From: Acidimicrobiales bacterium
GTDB taxonomy: Bacteria > Actinomycetota > Acidimicrobiia > Acidimicrobiales > Aldehydirespiratoraceae
DNA: 64,000 nucleotides
Reading direction: 5' to 3'
NCBI GenBank assembly: GCA_965214285.1
Contig: OZ243946.1
Span: 718,481 to 782,480, forward strand
Shown: one piece after another, positions 1-14,600 of the stretch
Position numbering within the stretch: position 1 is the first letter of the stretch
Layout: the number at the start of each line of letters is the position of its first letter
Made by a program: the position numbers and the translations under genes
Notes under the pieces: generated by a model
Database searches by the model: none
The model's input: only the letters and a program-made list of their open reading frames with translations
Told to the model about the DNA's origin: nothing

Positions 1-639
1 GGTGAGCTTGGCCCTGCCATCGGCAAGCAGGGTCAGGCCCTGGGCTGAGCCGGTCGGAGCGCTGGCCAGGCCAGCCAGCGGATCGAGGGTCAGGGTGGCC
101 GGATCGATGGCCAAAGCCCTGGGCGGATTCGTGAGATCGTCCATGGGGCGGACCGTATGCAGGGGGTGTGACAGTCTCGCTCCGACAGCTCCAGCCACTC
201 CCGCAGCCCGACCGCTGGTCGAGTCATCGGCCGCACCGGCAGCCCGACCACCGGCCAGGCCATCGGCAAGCAGGGTCAGGCCATCGGCGTCACCGGCTCG
301 GCAGCCGGCCGTACCCGCCGGATCAGCGGTCGGGCTGGCCGGGCTGGCCGGGCCGACGGCCGTGTCGCTCTGATCAGCAGCCGGGCCGGCTGGGTCGCAG
401 GCCAACGCCCTGGGCGGATTCGTGAGATCGTGCATGGGGCGGACCCTATGCAGGGGGTGTGACACTCTCGCTCCGACAGCTCCAGCCACTCCCGCAGCCC
501 GACCGCTGGTCGAGTCGCCGGCCGCGACCTGTGCGCCGCCGTCGAGCATTGCCAGATCCCGGGCTGAGAGGGCCGGAGCAGCGGCCAGGCCAGCGGGATC
601 GCAGGCCAACGCCCTGGGCGGATTCGTGAGATCGTTCAT
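1..639 (-). CDS. REP13E12/DUF222-family repeat protein, N-terminal part (partial, runs off window start); three in-frame tandem units each beginning M(N/H/D)DLTNPPRAL
   Basis: Minus-strand frame has ATGs at 639, 435 and 144 (spacings 204 and 291 nt, in frame). No stop from 801 down to position 1. The peptide motif VSHPLHRVRPM.DLTNPPRAL recurs. It is homologous to the N-terminus of the IS-disrupted DUF222 gene at 61558. Confidence 0.4.
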   Translation of the reverse strand, partial: MNDLTNPPRALACDPAGLAAAPALSARDLAMLDGGAQVAAGDSTSGRAAGVAGAVGARVSHPLHRVRPMHDLTNPPRALACDPAGPAADQSDTAVGPASPASPTADPAGTAGCRAGDADGLTLLADGLAGGRAAGAADDSTSGRAAGVAGAVGARLSHPLHTVRPMDDLTNPPRALAIDPATLTLDPLAGLASAPTGSAQGLTLLADGRAKLT

Positions 640-700
640 GCGGCGTGTCCTACTGACGGGGTACGACACTCTCTGCGTCTGTTCGGATATCAGGACGCCC
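100..700 (-). repeat. Three tandem ~200-290 nt DUF222 N-terminal repeat units (core ~60 nt at 117-180, 409-472, 609-672)
   Basis: Near-identical string gccctgggcggattcgtgagatcgt(c/g/t)catg(g/c)ggcg...gggtgtgaca(g/c)tctc occurs three times. The same motif occurs in plus orientation at 61316 and 61521. Confidence 0.7.
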
Positions 701-804
701 GAGCACCGCGGACAGCAGGCATCGGTCTGCCTGGCTTGGCCTCTGGGCTGGTCTGCGCTAACCGGCGCCAGCTGCCGACTGGCGGACGACGGTCGGCTGT
801 CCTA

Positions 805-1050
805 ACGCCGCGTGGAGCCGGGGGTGATCGTCTGGGTCGGCAGGAGTCCCAAAGACCCACGCGCCTACTGGACGCTGAACGGCCAACGACATCCAGGGCA
901 CTGAGCTACTCTAAACGGACTCTAAACGGCCCGCGAGCCCGCTACCTGCGGTTTTGCGGCTACTCTAAACCTACTCTAAACAGTTTAGAGTAGCCGAACG
1001 GCGACAACCGGCCCGGATTCTCCTCGCCGAGCCTGCCCCAGTCACGCGCA
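805..1050 (+). pseudogene. Remnant 3' end of a paralogous AlbA_2/HATPase_c_4 regulator gene plus its downstream TACTCTAAAC repeat array
   Basis: nt ~810-905 match nt ~2420-2514 (the last ~30 codons of CDS 1075..2514) with few mismatches, including the stop codon. The block ggcccgcgagcccgctacctgcggttttgc and the tail agagtagccgaacggcgacaaccggccc are shared with 2538-2658. Confidence 0.55.
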
Positions 1051-1054
1051 ATCC

Positions 1055-1075
1055 TACTCTAAAGCGTTTAGAGTA
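1055..1075. promoter_or_regulatory. Perfect palindrome TACTCTAAAgcgTTTAGAGTA abutting/overlapping the ATG of the regulator gene; putative autoregulatory operator
   Basis: A 9-3-9 inverted repeat read directly from the sequence. The same half-site CTACTCTAA(A/C) recurs 10 or more times at 906-993 and 2516-2637. Confidence 0.5.
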
Positions 1076-2514
1076 TGGCCATGTCGACTGTGGCCGTTGA
1101 ACAGGCGCTCAATCTGGGGGTCGAGGCTCGTGGCACCGCTCTCCTCGAGCTTGCCGAGAATCAGTGGTTCGATCGCAAAGGGCCGCGGGTCGCTCCCAAA
1201 GACCTGGCCAATGCCCTGATCGGATTCGCCAACGCCGAAGGCGGCACCGTCGTGATCGGACTGGGGGACGGCAAGGTCGAGGGCATTGCCAGCGTCAAGG
1301 CGAAGCGGCACTCGGAATGGCTGCAGGCCGCCTTCGACTTCTCCAGGCCGACCGTTCCCTGCAGGACGCGGCTCGTCGACTGCCTCAACGACCGCGGCAG
1401 CCTCGACGAGCTCCTCGTGATCGACATCGACGCCAGCCGCCAGGTCCACGCCAACGCCAAGGACGAGGCGTACCTCAGGGTCGGCGACGAGAATCGGCGC
1501 CTGACCTTCGCCCAGCGACAGGAGCTGATCTTCGACAAGGGCCAGTCGAGCTTCGAGGGCAGCGTCGTGAGCGACGCAGGCATGGCCGACCTCGACAGCG
1601 CCCTGATCGCCTCATATGCGGAGGCACTCGGCGCTTCTGACCCTGAGCGCCTTCTCGTCAACCGGGGTTTCGCCAGTCCCGAGGGCAACCTCACCACCGC
1701 GGCGGTGCTCTTGTTCGCGGCCCAGCCGCAGCGCTGGTTTCCCGGAGCCAGCCTGCGAATCCTGCGCTATGGCGGCACCGAACGCGGCACCGGCGCTCGA
1801 CAGCAACTCCTGCACGACCGGCGCATTGAGGGTCCGATCCCGCACCAGCTCGACCAAGCAAGCGCGGAGATGAGCGATCTGGTCCCAACGCGCAAGGCGC
1901 TCGGGCCGAGCGGTCGATTCGAGGAGATCGAGTTCATCCCCAGTGGCGCTTGGCTCGAAGCCATCGTCAATGCCGTCGTTCACCGCTCCTACAGCGTGAG
2001 CGGCGACCACATCCGAGTCGAGATCTTCGACGACCGGATCGAGATCGAGAGCCCTGGCCGCTTCCCTGGCATCGTCGACGTCTCCGACCCGCTCCACCTC
2101 GTGCGCTTTGCTCGCAACCCCATGATCGCTCGAGTCTGTGCCGACCTCGCCTTCGGGCAGGAACTCGGCGAAGGGATCCGCCGCATCTTCGAGCAGATGC
2201 GCCTCGCTGGGCTTGCCAACCCCGAATACCTGCAGACAGCGGGGAGCGTACGGCTGACCCTGAACGCCAACGCCATCGACCACGAGCTGGAAGCCCGGCT
2301 CCCGGCCGGGGCGATTGACCTGATCCGCTACATCAGAGACGGCATACGGGTCAGCACGGGCGAGCTGGTCGAGGCCACGGGCCACTCACGCCCTCATGTG
2401 CTCAGCCAACTCAAGGCACTACGTGACGCCGGGGTGATCGCCTGGGTCGGCAATCACCCCAAAGACCCACGCGCCTACTGGACGCTGAACGGCCAACGAC
2501 ATCCAGGGCGCTGA
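1075..2514 (+). CDS. Transcriptional regulator with an AlbA_2 (Schlafen-like) DNA-binding domain, an HATPase_c_4 domain and a C-terminal winged HTH. It is often annotated as a RecG-like ATP-dependent DNA helicase, which is a misnomer.
   Basis: N-terminal motif FDRKGPRVAPKDLANALIGFANAEGGTVVIG matches AlbA_2. NAVVHRSYSVSGDHIRVEIFDDRIEIESPGRFPG is an HATPase_c_4 signature. The C-terminal segment LVEATGHSRPHVLSQLKALRDAGVI is wHTH-like. Confidence 0.75.
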   Translation: MAMSTVAVEQALNLGVEARGTALLELAENQWFDRKGPRVAPKDLANALIGFANAEGGTVVIGLGDGKVEGIASVKAKRHSEWLQAAFDFSRPTVPCRTRLVDCLNDRGSLDELLVIDIDASRQVHANAKDEAYLRVGDENRRLTFAQRQELIFDKGQSSFEGSVVSDAGMADLDSALIASYAEALGASDPERLLVNRGFASPEGNLTTAAVLLFAAQPQRWFPGASLRILRYGGTERGTGARQQLLHDRRIEGPIPHQLDQASAEMSDLVPTRKALGPSGRFEEIEFIPSGAWLEAIVNAVVHRSYSVSGDHIRVEIFDDRIEIESPGRFPGIVDVSDPLHLVRFARNPMIARVCADLAFGQELGEGIRRIFEQMRLAGLANPEYLQTAGSVRLTLNANAIDHELEARLPAGAIDLIRYIRDGIRVSTGELVEATGHSRPHVLSQLKALRDAGVIAWVGNHPKDPRAYWTLNGQRHPGR

Positions 2515-2660
2515 GCTACTCTAACGCTGCTCTAACGGGCTCGCGAGCCCGCTACCTGCGGTTTTGCAGCTACTCTAACGCTACTTGAACGCTACTCTAA
2601 CGCTACTTGAACACTGCTCTAACGGTCATCGAGTAGCCGAACGGCGACAACCGGCCCGTT
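2515..2660. repeat. Array of CTACTCTAACG / CTACTTGAACG direct repeats with a terminal inverted copy, downstream of the regulator gene
   Basis: Seven 11-nt direct repeat copies and an inverted gagtagc are read in the sequence. The block is homologous to 903-1016. Confidence 0.7.
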
Positions 2661-3186
2661 CAGCCCGCCGCTGACCCCACCCGGCCGACGGCTCGACGTG
2701 GGTCTTCAGACCCAGCCAGCCACCACCGCGACCAGGTGGATGGCGTCCAGCGGCAGCCACCAGCCTCGTCGTCGGTGGTGCGAGGGTTGGGGACGGCCCG
2801 CGCGATTCAGAGGCTTCAGCCAGCACCGGCTGTTTCGCCTGTGAGGGTACGAGGTCAGGCATGCGGCGATGCGGGCCCGTGACTCGCGCAGAGGCTTTGG
2901 ACGTCGAGACCGGCGGGGGTGCGGCGGCTGCCCAAAAAGGCGGGGGTCCATGGCCAGCGTAGAGGGGTCTGCCGCTGAGACGGGCGGGATGTGGGGGGTC
3001 AGGCCAGCGAGGCGAGAGGTTCATGACCAGCGCTGAGGCTCTGTCGCGGAGACGGGCCGAGGGTGCCAGTGCCAGGGCGGCGGAGGGTGGAGGTGGGGTG
3101 GCGGGAGTGGGCCAGGCGGGGAGTGGGCCAGGGGGAAGTGCGTCGGGTTAGCGACGACCCGCCAGGCCGAACTAGGGTCGCAGCCG

Positions 3187-8663
<5,477 letters not shown>

Positions 8664-8667
<4 letters not shown>

Positions 8668-8717
8668 CCGACACGGCCACAGCAGCCCAAGACCAGGCCC
8701 ACGGGAACCCCCGTTGA
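8664..8717 (+). other. 17-codon uORF (MTDTATAAQDQAHGNPR) created by a 19-nt direct repeat; its TTG overlaps the stop of gene 1 (TTGA) and its stop overlaps the TTG of gene 2 (TTGA)
   Basis: ccgttgaccgacacggcca occurs at 8661-8679 and 8711-8729. The frames were checked by hand. Confidence 0.3.
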
Positions 8718-11620
8718 CCGACACGGCCATCCCCGGCACGGCGACCGCGGAGTTCGCGCCCGGAGCGCTCGTCGCCACGCGGGGCCGCGAGTGGGTGGTG
8801 CTGCCCGAGAGCGAGCCCGACCTGCTGATCCTGCGCCCGCTCGGCGGCGGAGAAGACGACACCGCCGCGGTGTTCTGGGCACTGGAGCCCGTCGAGCAGG
8901 CCAGCTTCGCCCCGCCCACCGCCGCCGATCTCGGCGACGCCACGAGCGCCGCGATGCTGCGCACCGCGCTGCGCCTCGGCTTTCGCTCCACGGCAGGCCC
9001 GTTCCGCTCCCTCGCAGGCCTCGCGGTAGAGCCCCGCGCCTACCAGTACGTGCCGCTGATGATGGCCCTCAAGCAAGACCCAGGACCCGTGCGCCTGCTC
9101 ATCGCAGACGACGTGGGCATCGGCAAGACCATCGAGGCGGGCCTGATCGTCAGCGAGTTGTTGGCCCAGGGCGACGCCTCCCGCCTCGCCGTGCTGTGCA
9201 GCCCTGCGCTGGCCGAGCAGTGGCAGGCCGAGCTGCGCGAGAAGTTCGCCATCGACGCCGAGCTCGTCCTTCCCTCCACGGTCACCCGGCTGACCCGCGG
9301 CCTGATGCTCAACGAGTCGCTGTTCGAGAAGCACCCATACGTGGTCGTCTCGACTGACTTCATCAAGCAGCACACCCGTCGCCAGGAGTTCTTGAACCAC
9401 TGCCCGGAGCTGGTGGTGGTCGACGAGGCCCACAGCGCAGTGTCGGACTCGGCCGCCGCCCGCTCCCGGACCCTGCGATACGAGCTGCTGAAGGGCGTAG
9501 CCGCCGACCCGACCCGCCATCTGCTGCTGGTCACGGCTACCCCGCACTCCGGCAAGGAGGAGGGCTTCCGCAACCTGATCGGCCTGCTCGACCCCGATCT
9601 GGCCACGGTCGACCTCGAGACCCAGCAGGGCCGGGCCGCACTGGCACGCCATTTCGTGCAGCGCCGGCGGGCCGACATCCGCCATTACCTCAACGAGGAC
9701 ACTTCCTTCCCCAGCGACCGCCACACCAAAGACGCCCCGTATGAGCTGAGCCCGCAGTACCGGGCGCTGTTCGACAAGGTGGTCGCCTACGCCCGCGAGC
9801 AGGTGGCCGACCCCGACTCGCCGACCGGCCAGGTCCGCCAGCGGGTGCGCTGGTGGTCGGCGCTGGCCCTGCTGCGATCGCTGGCGTCGTCGCCTCCGGC
9901 CGCCGCTGCGGCGCTGCGTACCCGTGCCCAGTCCGCCGACGCCCAGACCCTGGAGGAAGCCGACCGCCTGGGCCGCGAGACGGTGCTCGACACAGGCGTG
10001 GCCGAGGTGAGCGAGGCCTCCGACGTGGTAGCCGGCGCCGACGAGTCAGTAGACGGCGACGAGGGCGAGGCGTACCTGTCGCAGCGCCGCCGCCTGCTCG
10101 GGCTCGCAAGGCAGGCCGAGCAGCTCGCCGGCCCCGAGCGGGACCGCAAGCTCGCCGCCGTCACCGAAGAGGTTGAGGGCCTGCTGCACGACGGCTTCAA
10201 CCCGATCGTGTTCTGCCGTTTCATCCCGACCGCCGGCTACGTGGCCGACCAGCTCAGGGCTGCGCTCGGCCCCGGCGTGAGGGTTGCTGCCGTCACCGGC
10301 GAGCTGCCGCCCGCCGAGCGGATCGCCCGCATCGCCGATCTCACCAAGAAGGGCGGGGCCGGTCGCCACGTGCTCGTCGCCACTGACTGCCTGTCCGAGG
10401 GCGTCAACTTGCAGGAGCACTTCCAGGCTGTCGTGCACTACGACCTGGCCTGGAACCCGACCCGCCACGAGCAGCGCGAGGGCCGCGTCGACCGTTTCGG
10501 CCAGCGCCGCGACATCGTGCGAGCCACGACCCTGTACGGAATCGACAACCGGATCGACGGCATCGTGCTCGAGGTGCTGATCCGCAAGCACCGCGAGATC
10601 TCCAAGGCGACCGGCGTGGCCGTGCCGGTGCCGGACCGCAGCGACAGCGTGGTCGAGGCGCTGATGGAGGGCCTGATCCTGCGGGGCCGCCAGGACATCA
10701 GCCAGCTCGTGCTCGACCTCGACGACGACATGCAGGCCCAGCGCGACCGCCTGCACCGCGAATGGGAGAGTGCGGCTGAGCGGGAGCAGAAATCCCGCAC
10801 CAAGTTCGCCCAAGGGACCATCCATCCCGACGAGGTGCGAGTCGAGGTCGATGCGGCCCGAGCGGCGCTCGGGCGCCACAAGGACGTGGAGCACTTCGCA
10901 CGCGAGTCGCTGCGGGCGCTCGGCGCAAGCGTCACCTCCGACCGCAATGTCGACGGCTTCGTCGCTCGCACGGCCACCCTCCCGGTGGGGCTGCGTGACG
11001 CCCTGCCGACGGGGCGCCGCGAGCCGCTGCCGTTCCACCGCGACCTGCCGGTGCCGCGCCGCGAGGCGCTGCTGGCCCGCACCGCCCCGCACGTCGGCGC
11101 CGTCGCCCGTTTCGTGCTCGACGCCGCCCTCGACCCCTCGGCGCTTGCCCCCGGCGTCAACCGCCCGGCCAGCCGCGCAGGCGTGATGCGAACCGGCGCA
11201 GTCAGCACCCGGACCACGCTGCTGGTGCTGCGGCTGCGCTTCCATCTCGACCTCCCCGGCACGACCGGGCTGCGCAAGCTGGTCACCGAGGACGCCCTGA
11301 CCGTCGCCTTCGAGGGTTCCCCCGCCAGCGCCGCCTGGCTCGATGGCGATGCCACCGAAGCGCTCCTGGGCGCCGAGCCCGATGCCAACGTGCCCGCCGA
11401 TGCCGCAGCCCATGCCCTGCAGCGCATTCTCGACGGCCTGGGCGACCTCTCCGGGCACCTCGACCGGCTCGCCGACGACTCCGCCGATCAGCTCCTCGAA
11501 GCCCACCGCCGGGTGCGAACCGGCGGCGGCATCGCCAAGCGCGGCCTCAAGGTGGAGGCAGCCAAGCCCGTCGACGTGCTGGGCGTCTACGTGCTGCTCC
11601 CCACCGTCACAGCACCATGA
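8714..11620 (+). CDS. SNF2-family helicase (DISARM DrmD-like)
   Basis: DDVGIGKTIEAG Walker A, VVVDEAHS DEAH box and the C-terminal helicase motifs VLVATDCLSEGVNLQ and HYDLAWNPTRHEQREGRVDRFGQ. TTG start. Confidence 0.8.
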   Translation: MTDTAIPGTATAEFAPGALVATRGREWVVLPESEPDLLILRPLGGGEDDTAAVFWALEPVEQASFAPPTAADLGDATSAAMLRTALRLGFRSTAGPFRSLAGLAVEPRAYQYVPLMMALKQDPGPVRLLIADDVGIGKTIEAGLIVSELLAQGDASRLAVLCSPALAEQWQAELREKFAIDAELVLPSTVTRLTRGLMLNESLFEKHPYVVVSTDFIKQHTRRQEFLNHCPELVVVDEAHSAVSDSAAARSRTLRYELLKGVAADPTRHLLLVTATPHSGKEEGFRNLIGLLDPDLATVDLETQQGRAALARHFVQRRRADIRHYLNEDTSFPSDRHTKDAPYELSPQYRALFDKVVAYAREQVADPDSPTGQVRQRVRWWSALALLRSLASSPPAAAAALRTRAQSADAQTLEEADRLGRETVLDTGVAEVSEASDVVAGADESVDGDEGEAYLSQRRRLLGLARQAEQLAGPERDRKLAAVTEEVEGLLHDGFNPIVFCRFIPTAGYVADQLRAALGPGVRVAAVTGELPPAERIARIADLTKKGGAGRHVLVATDCLSEGVNLQEHFQAVVHYDLAWNPTRHEQREGRVDRFGQRRDIVRATTLYGIDNRIDGIVLEVLIRKHREISKATGVAVPVPDRSDSVVEALMEGLILRGRQDISQLVLDLDDDMQAQRDRLHREWESAAEREQKSRTKFAQGTIHPDEVRVEVDAARAALGRHKDVEHFARESLRALGASVTSDRNVDGFVARTATLPVGLRDALPTGRREPLPFHRDLPVPRREALLARTAPHVGAVARFVLDAALDPSALAPGVNRPASRAGVMRTGAVSTRTTLLVLRLRFHLDLPGTTGLRKLVTEDALTVAFEGSPASAAWLDGDATEALLGAEPDANVPADAAAHALQRILDGLGDLSGHLDRLADDSADQLLEAHRRVRTGGGIAKRGLKVEAAKPVDVLGVYVLLPTVTAP

Positions 11621-11687
11621 CCTCACTGCCGCAGCGCCATGACCCCCGCCATCAGCCCACAGCCATGAGCCCAGCCATGACCCTGCC

Positions 11688-14600
11688 ATGAGCCTCCGCG
11701 AGCAGCGCAGATCCGAGGCGCTCACGACCATCCGAGCCGTCGGCTCGGCGCTGCCCGCTGACGTGCTGAGCGCCGTGGTGTCCGGCGACGAGGGGCTCGA
11801 AGGGCTCAGCTCCGACGCCTACCGCCTGGAGATCGGCGTGACGCCCCGCGAGGCGGCCAACCGTGCCTGGAGCGTGCTGAGCGGCGCCTACGCCGGCTAC
11901 CGCAGAGCCCTCGCCGAGCGCCCCGACGGCGACCCGGCGGTCGGGCTGACCCGCGAGAGGTGGCTGGCCATCCTGTTGCGCGAGCTCGGCTTCGGCCGGG
12001 TGCCGACCACACCCGCCGGCGGCCTCAGCGCAGACGACCGCGGCTTTCCGATCTCACACGCCTGGGCTGCAGACGCCGTCCGCGTCACAGAGCCCGATGC
12101 CGTCCACGTGCCAGTGCATCTGCTCGGCTGGGGCGTCGAGCTCGACAAGCGCACGCCCGGCCAGGCGGGTGCTGCGGACCGTGCGCCGCACGCCATGGTG
12201 CAGGAATACCTCAACCGCAGCGACGCTGCGCTGTGGGGGCTGGTCGCCAACGGCCGCAAGCTGCGCCTGCTGCGTGACTCGTCGACCCTGATCGGCCAGA
12301 GCTTCGTGGAGTTCGACCTCGAGACCATGTTCGACGGCGCGGTGTTCTCGGAGTTCGTGGTGCTCTACCTGGTCTGCCACGCCACACGGTTCGAGACCAC
12401 GACCCCCGACGGCAGCGTCCCCGACGAGCCGACCGCAGCCGACTGCCGGCTGGAGCGCTGGCGCACCCACGCCGCCGAGACCGGCATCCGCGCCCTGACC
12501 GCCCTGCGCCCGGCGGTCGTCGAGGCCATCGAGGCGCTCGGCAGCGGCTTCGCCGGCCACCCCCGCAACGACCTGCACCGCCGCCTCGCCGCCCGCGAGA
12601 TCACGTCGCACGACTTGCACCAGGCTCTGCTGCGCCTGGTCTACCGGCTGCTGTTCTGCTTTGTAGCCGAGGATCGCGGCCTGCTTCTTCTTCTTGATCC
12701 CGATGCCGACCGCACCGCCCGTGAGCGCTACGCCGACTGGTTCTCCACCGCCCGGCTGCGCGGCATCAGCGAACGCCGCCGCGGAACAGCGGGCCACAGC
12801 GACCTCTGGCGGGCTCTGAGTGTGGTCTTCGAAGGCCTCGGCCTAGAAGGTGGTCGCCCCGAGCTGGCCCTGCCCGGCCTGGGCGGCATCTTCGAGCTCG
12901 GCGCGTCCGACGTGATCGCAGACATGGAGCTCCCCAACTCGGCCCTGCTCAAGGCGATCCGCTGTCTCACCGTGGTGCAGCCCGCAGGCGGCGGGCCGAA
13001 GCGGCGGGTCGACTACCGCAATCTCGGCGCCGAGGAGCTGGGCAGCGTGTACGAGTCGCTGTTGGAGTTCGAGCCCCGTTACGACGAGTCCCGCCGGGCC
13101 TTCTCGCTGGAGACGGTGGCGGGCAACGAGCGCAAGACCTCCGGCTCCTACTACACCCCGGCGTCGTTGATCGACTGCCTGCTCGACTCGGCCCTCGACC
13201 CGCTGCTCGACGACGCCGAGAAGGCCGACAACCCCGAGCAGGCGCTGCTGCGGATGACCGTCTGCGATCCGGCCTGCGGCTCGGGGCACTTCCTGGTTGC
13301 CGCCGCCAAGAGGATTGCCGCCCGTCTTGCCTCCGTGCGCGCCCGGGCCGAGGATGCCGAGGAGCCGACCCTGCTGCATGAGCAGGCGGCGCTGCACGAG
13401 GTGGTCGACCGCTGTATCTACGGCGTGGACCTAAACCCGATGGCCGCCGAGCTGGCCAAGGTCAGCCTCTGGCTGGAGAGCGTGCAGCCCGGCCGGGCGC
13501 TCAGTTTCCTCGATGCCCACATCAAGGTCGGCAACGCCCTGCTCGGCGCCACGCCCGCGCTGCTTGCCGAGGGCATCCCCGACGCTGCCTTCAAGGCGCT
13601 CGACGGCGACGACAAGAAATGGACGGCGTCGCTGCGCAAGCGCAATCGCCGGGCGCGCGAGATTGTCCAGGGCCAACTGTTCGATGCTGACGTGCTGGGG
13701 GTGTTCGACGCCGGCCTGCGCTCCCGAGCCGCCGAGATCGATCAACTGCCCACCGTCTCGCTGGCCGACGTGCACCTGGCAGCCCGCCGTCATCGTGAGT
13801 TCGAGCACTCGCCGGGCCTGCGCCGAGATCGGCTGGTCGCCGACGCCTGGTGTGCCGCCTTCATGGCCATCAAGACCCCGGACCGCCCTGCGATCACAAC
13901 CGCGACCCTGCGCCGCCTGGCCGAGGACCCAGAGGCCGCCTTCTCGCCCAACGCCTCAACCGCAGCGACCCAGCAGGCGGCGCTGCCCAGCCTCGCCGAC
14001 GCCCCGGAGCCGGTCTCGCCGGAGGGCTCTGTCGCCTCTGTGAATGGGGGGGGGGTCCCTGGCCGCCGAGGAAGCCGCAACGGTGCGCCAGATCAGCGAC
14101 GAGTACAAGTTCTTCCACTGGCACCTCGAGTTCCCGCAGATCTTCCGCACCGGCGGAGATGCCTCGGCGACCGACGGGCCGGGCTGGGACGGCGGCTTCT
14201 CCTGCGTGCTCGGCAATCCTCCGTGGGAGCGGGTCAAGCTGCAGGAGAAGGAGTTCTTCGCCGCATCCGATCCGGACATCATTGAGGCGCAGAACAAAGC
14301 AGTCCGCGAACGGCTGATCAGGACGCTGCCCGAGCGGAAGCCGCAACTGTTCGACGATTTCGTTGCGGCGAAGCGCCGATCCGACACTGTTAGTCATTTT
14401 CTCCATCAGACAGGTCGATATCCTCTCTGTGGCCGCGGTGACATCAACACCTACTCTGTATTCACTGAACACGGTCGCACCACCCTGGCAACGACCGGAA
14501 GGCTCGGCGTTATCGTTCCGACCGGCATTGCGACCGACAAGACGACGAGGCACTTCTTCAAGGATCTTGTCCAGAGGGCGTCGTTGGTGTCGCTCTACGA

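Noticed and set aside
2-805. Plus-strand ORFs 2..373, 168..425 and 422..805 over the repeat region
   Set aside because: Protein-level conservation (VSHPLHRVRPM.DLTNPPRAL) and continuity with DUF222 homologs are on the minus strand. The plus frames are Pro/Arg-rich and inconsistent between repeat copies.
903-2640. CTACTCTAA(A/C) repeat arrays as a possible CRISPR array
   Set aside because: The repeats are only ~11 nt, largely contiguous, lack unique spacers of regular length, and include inverted copies. They are more consistent with operator or iteron arrays.
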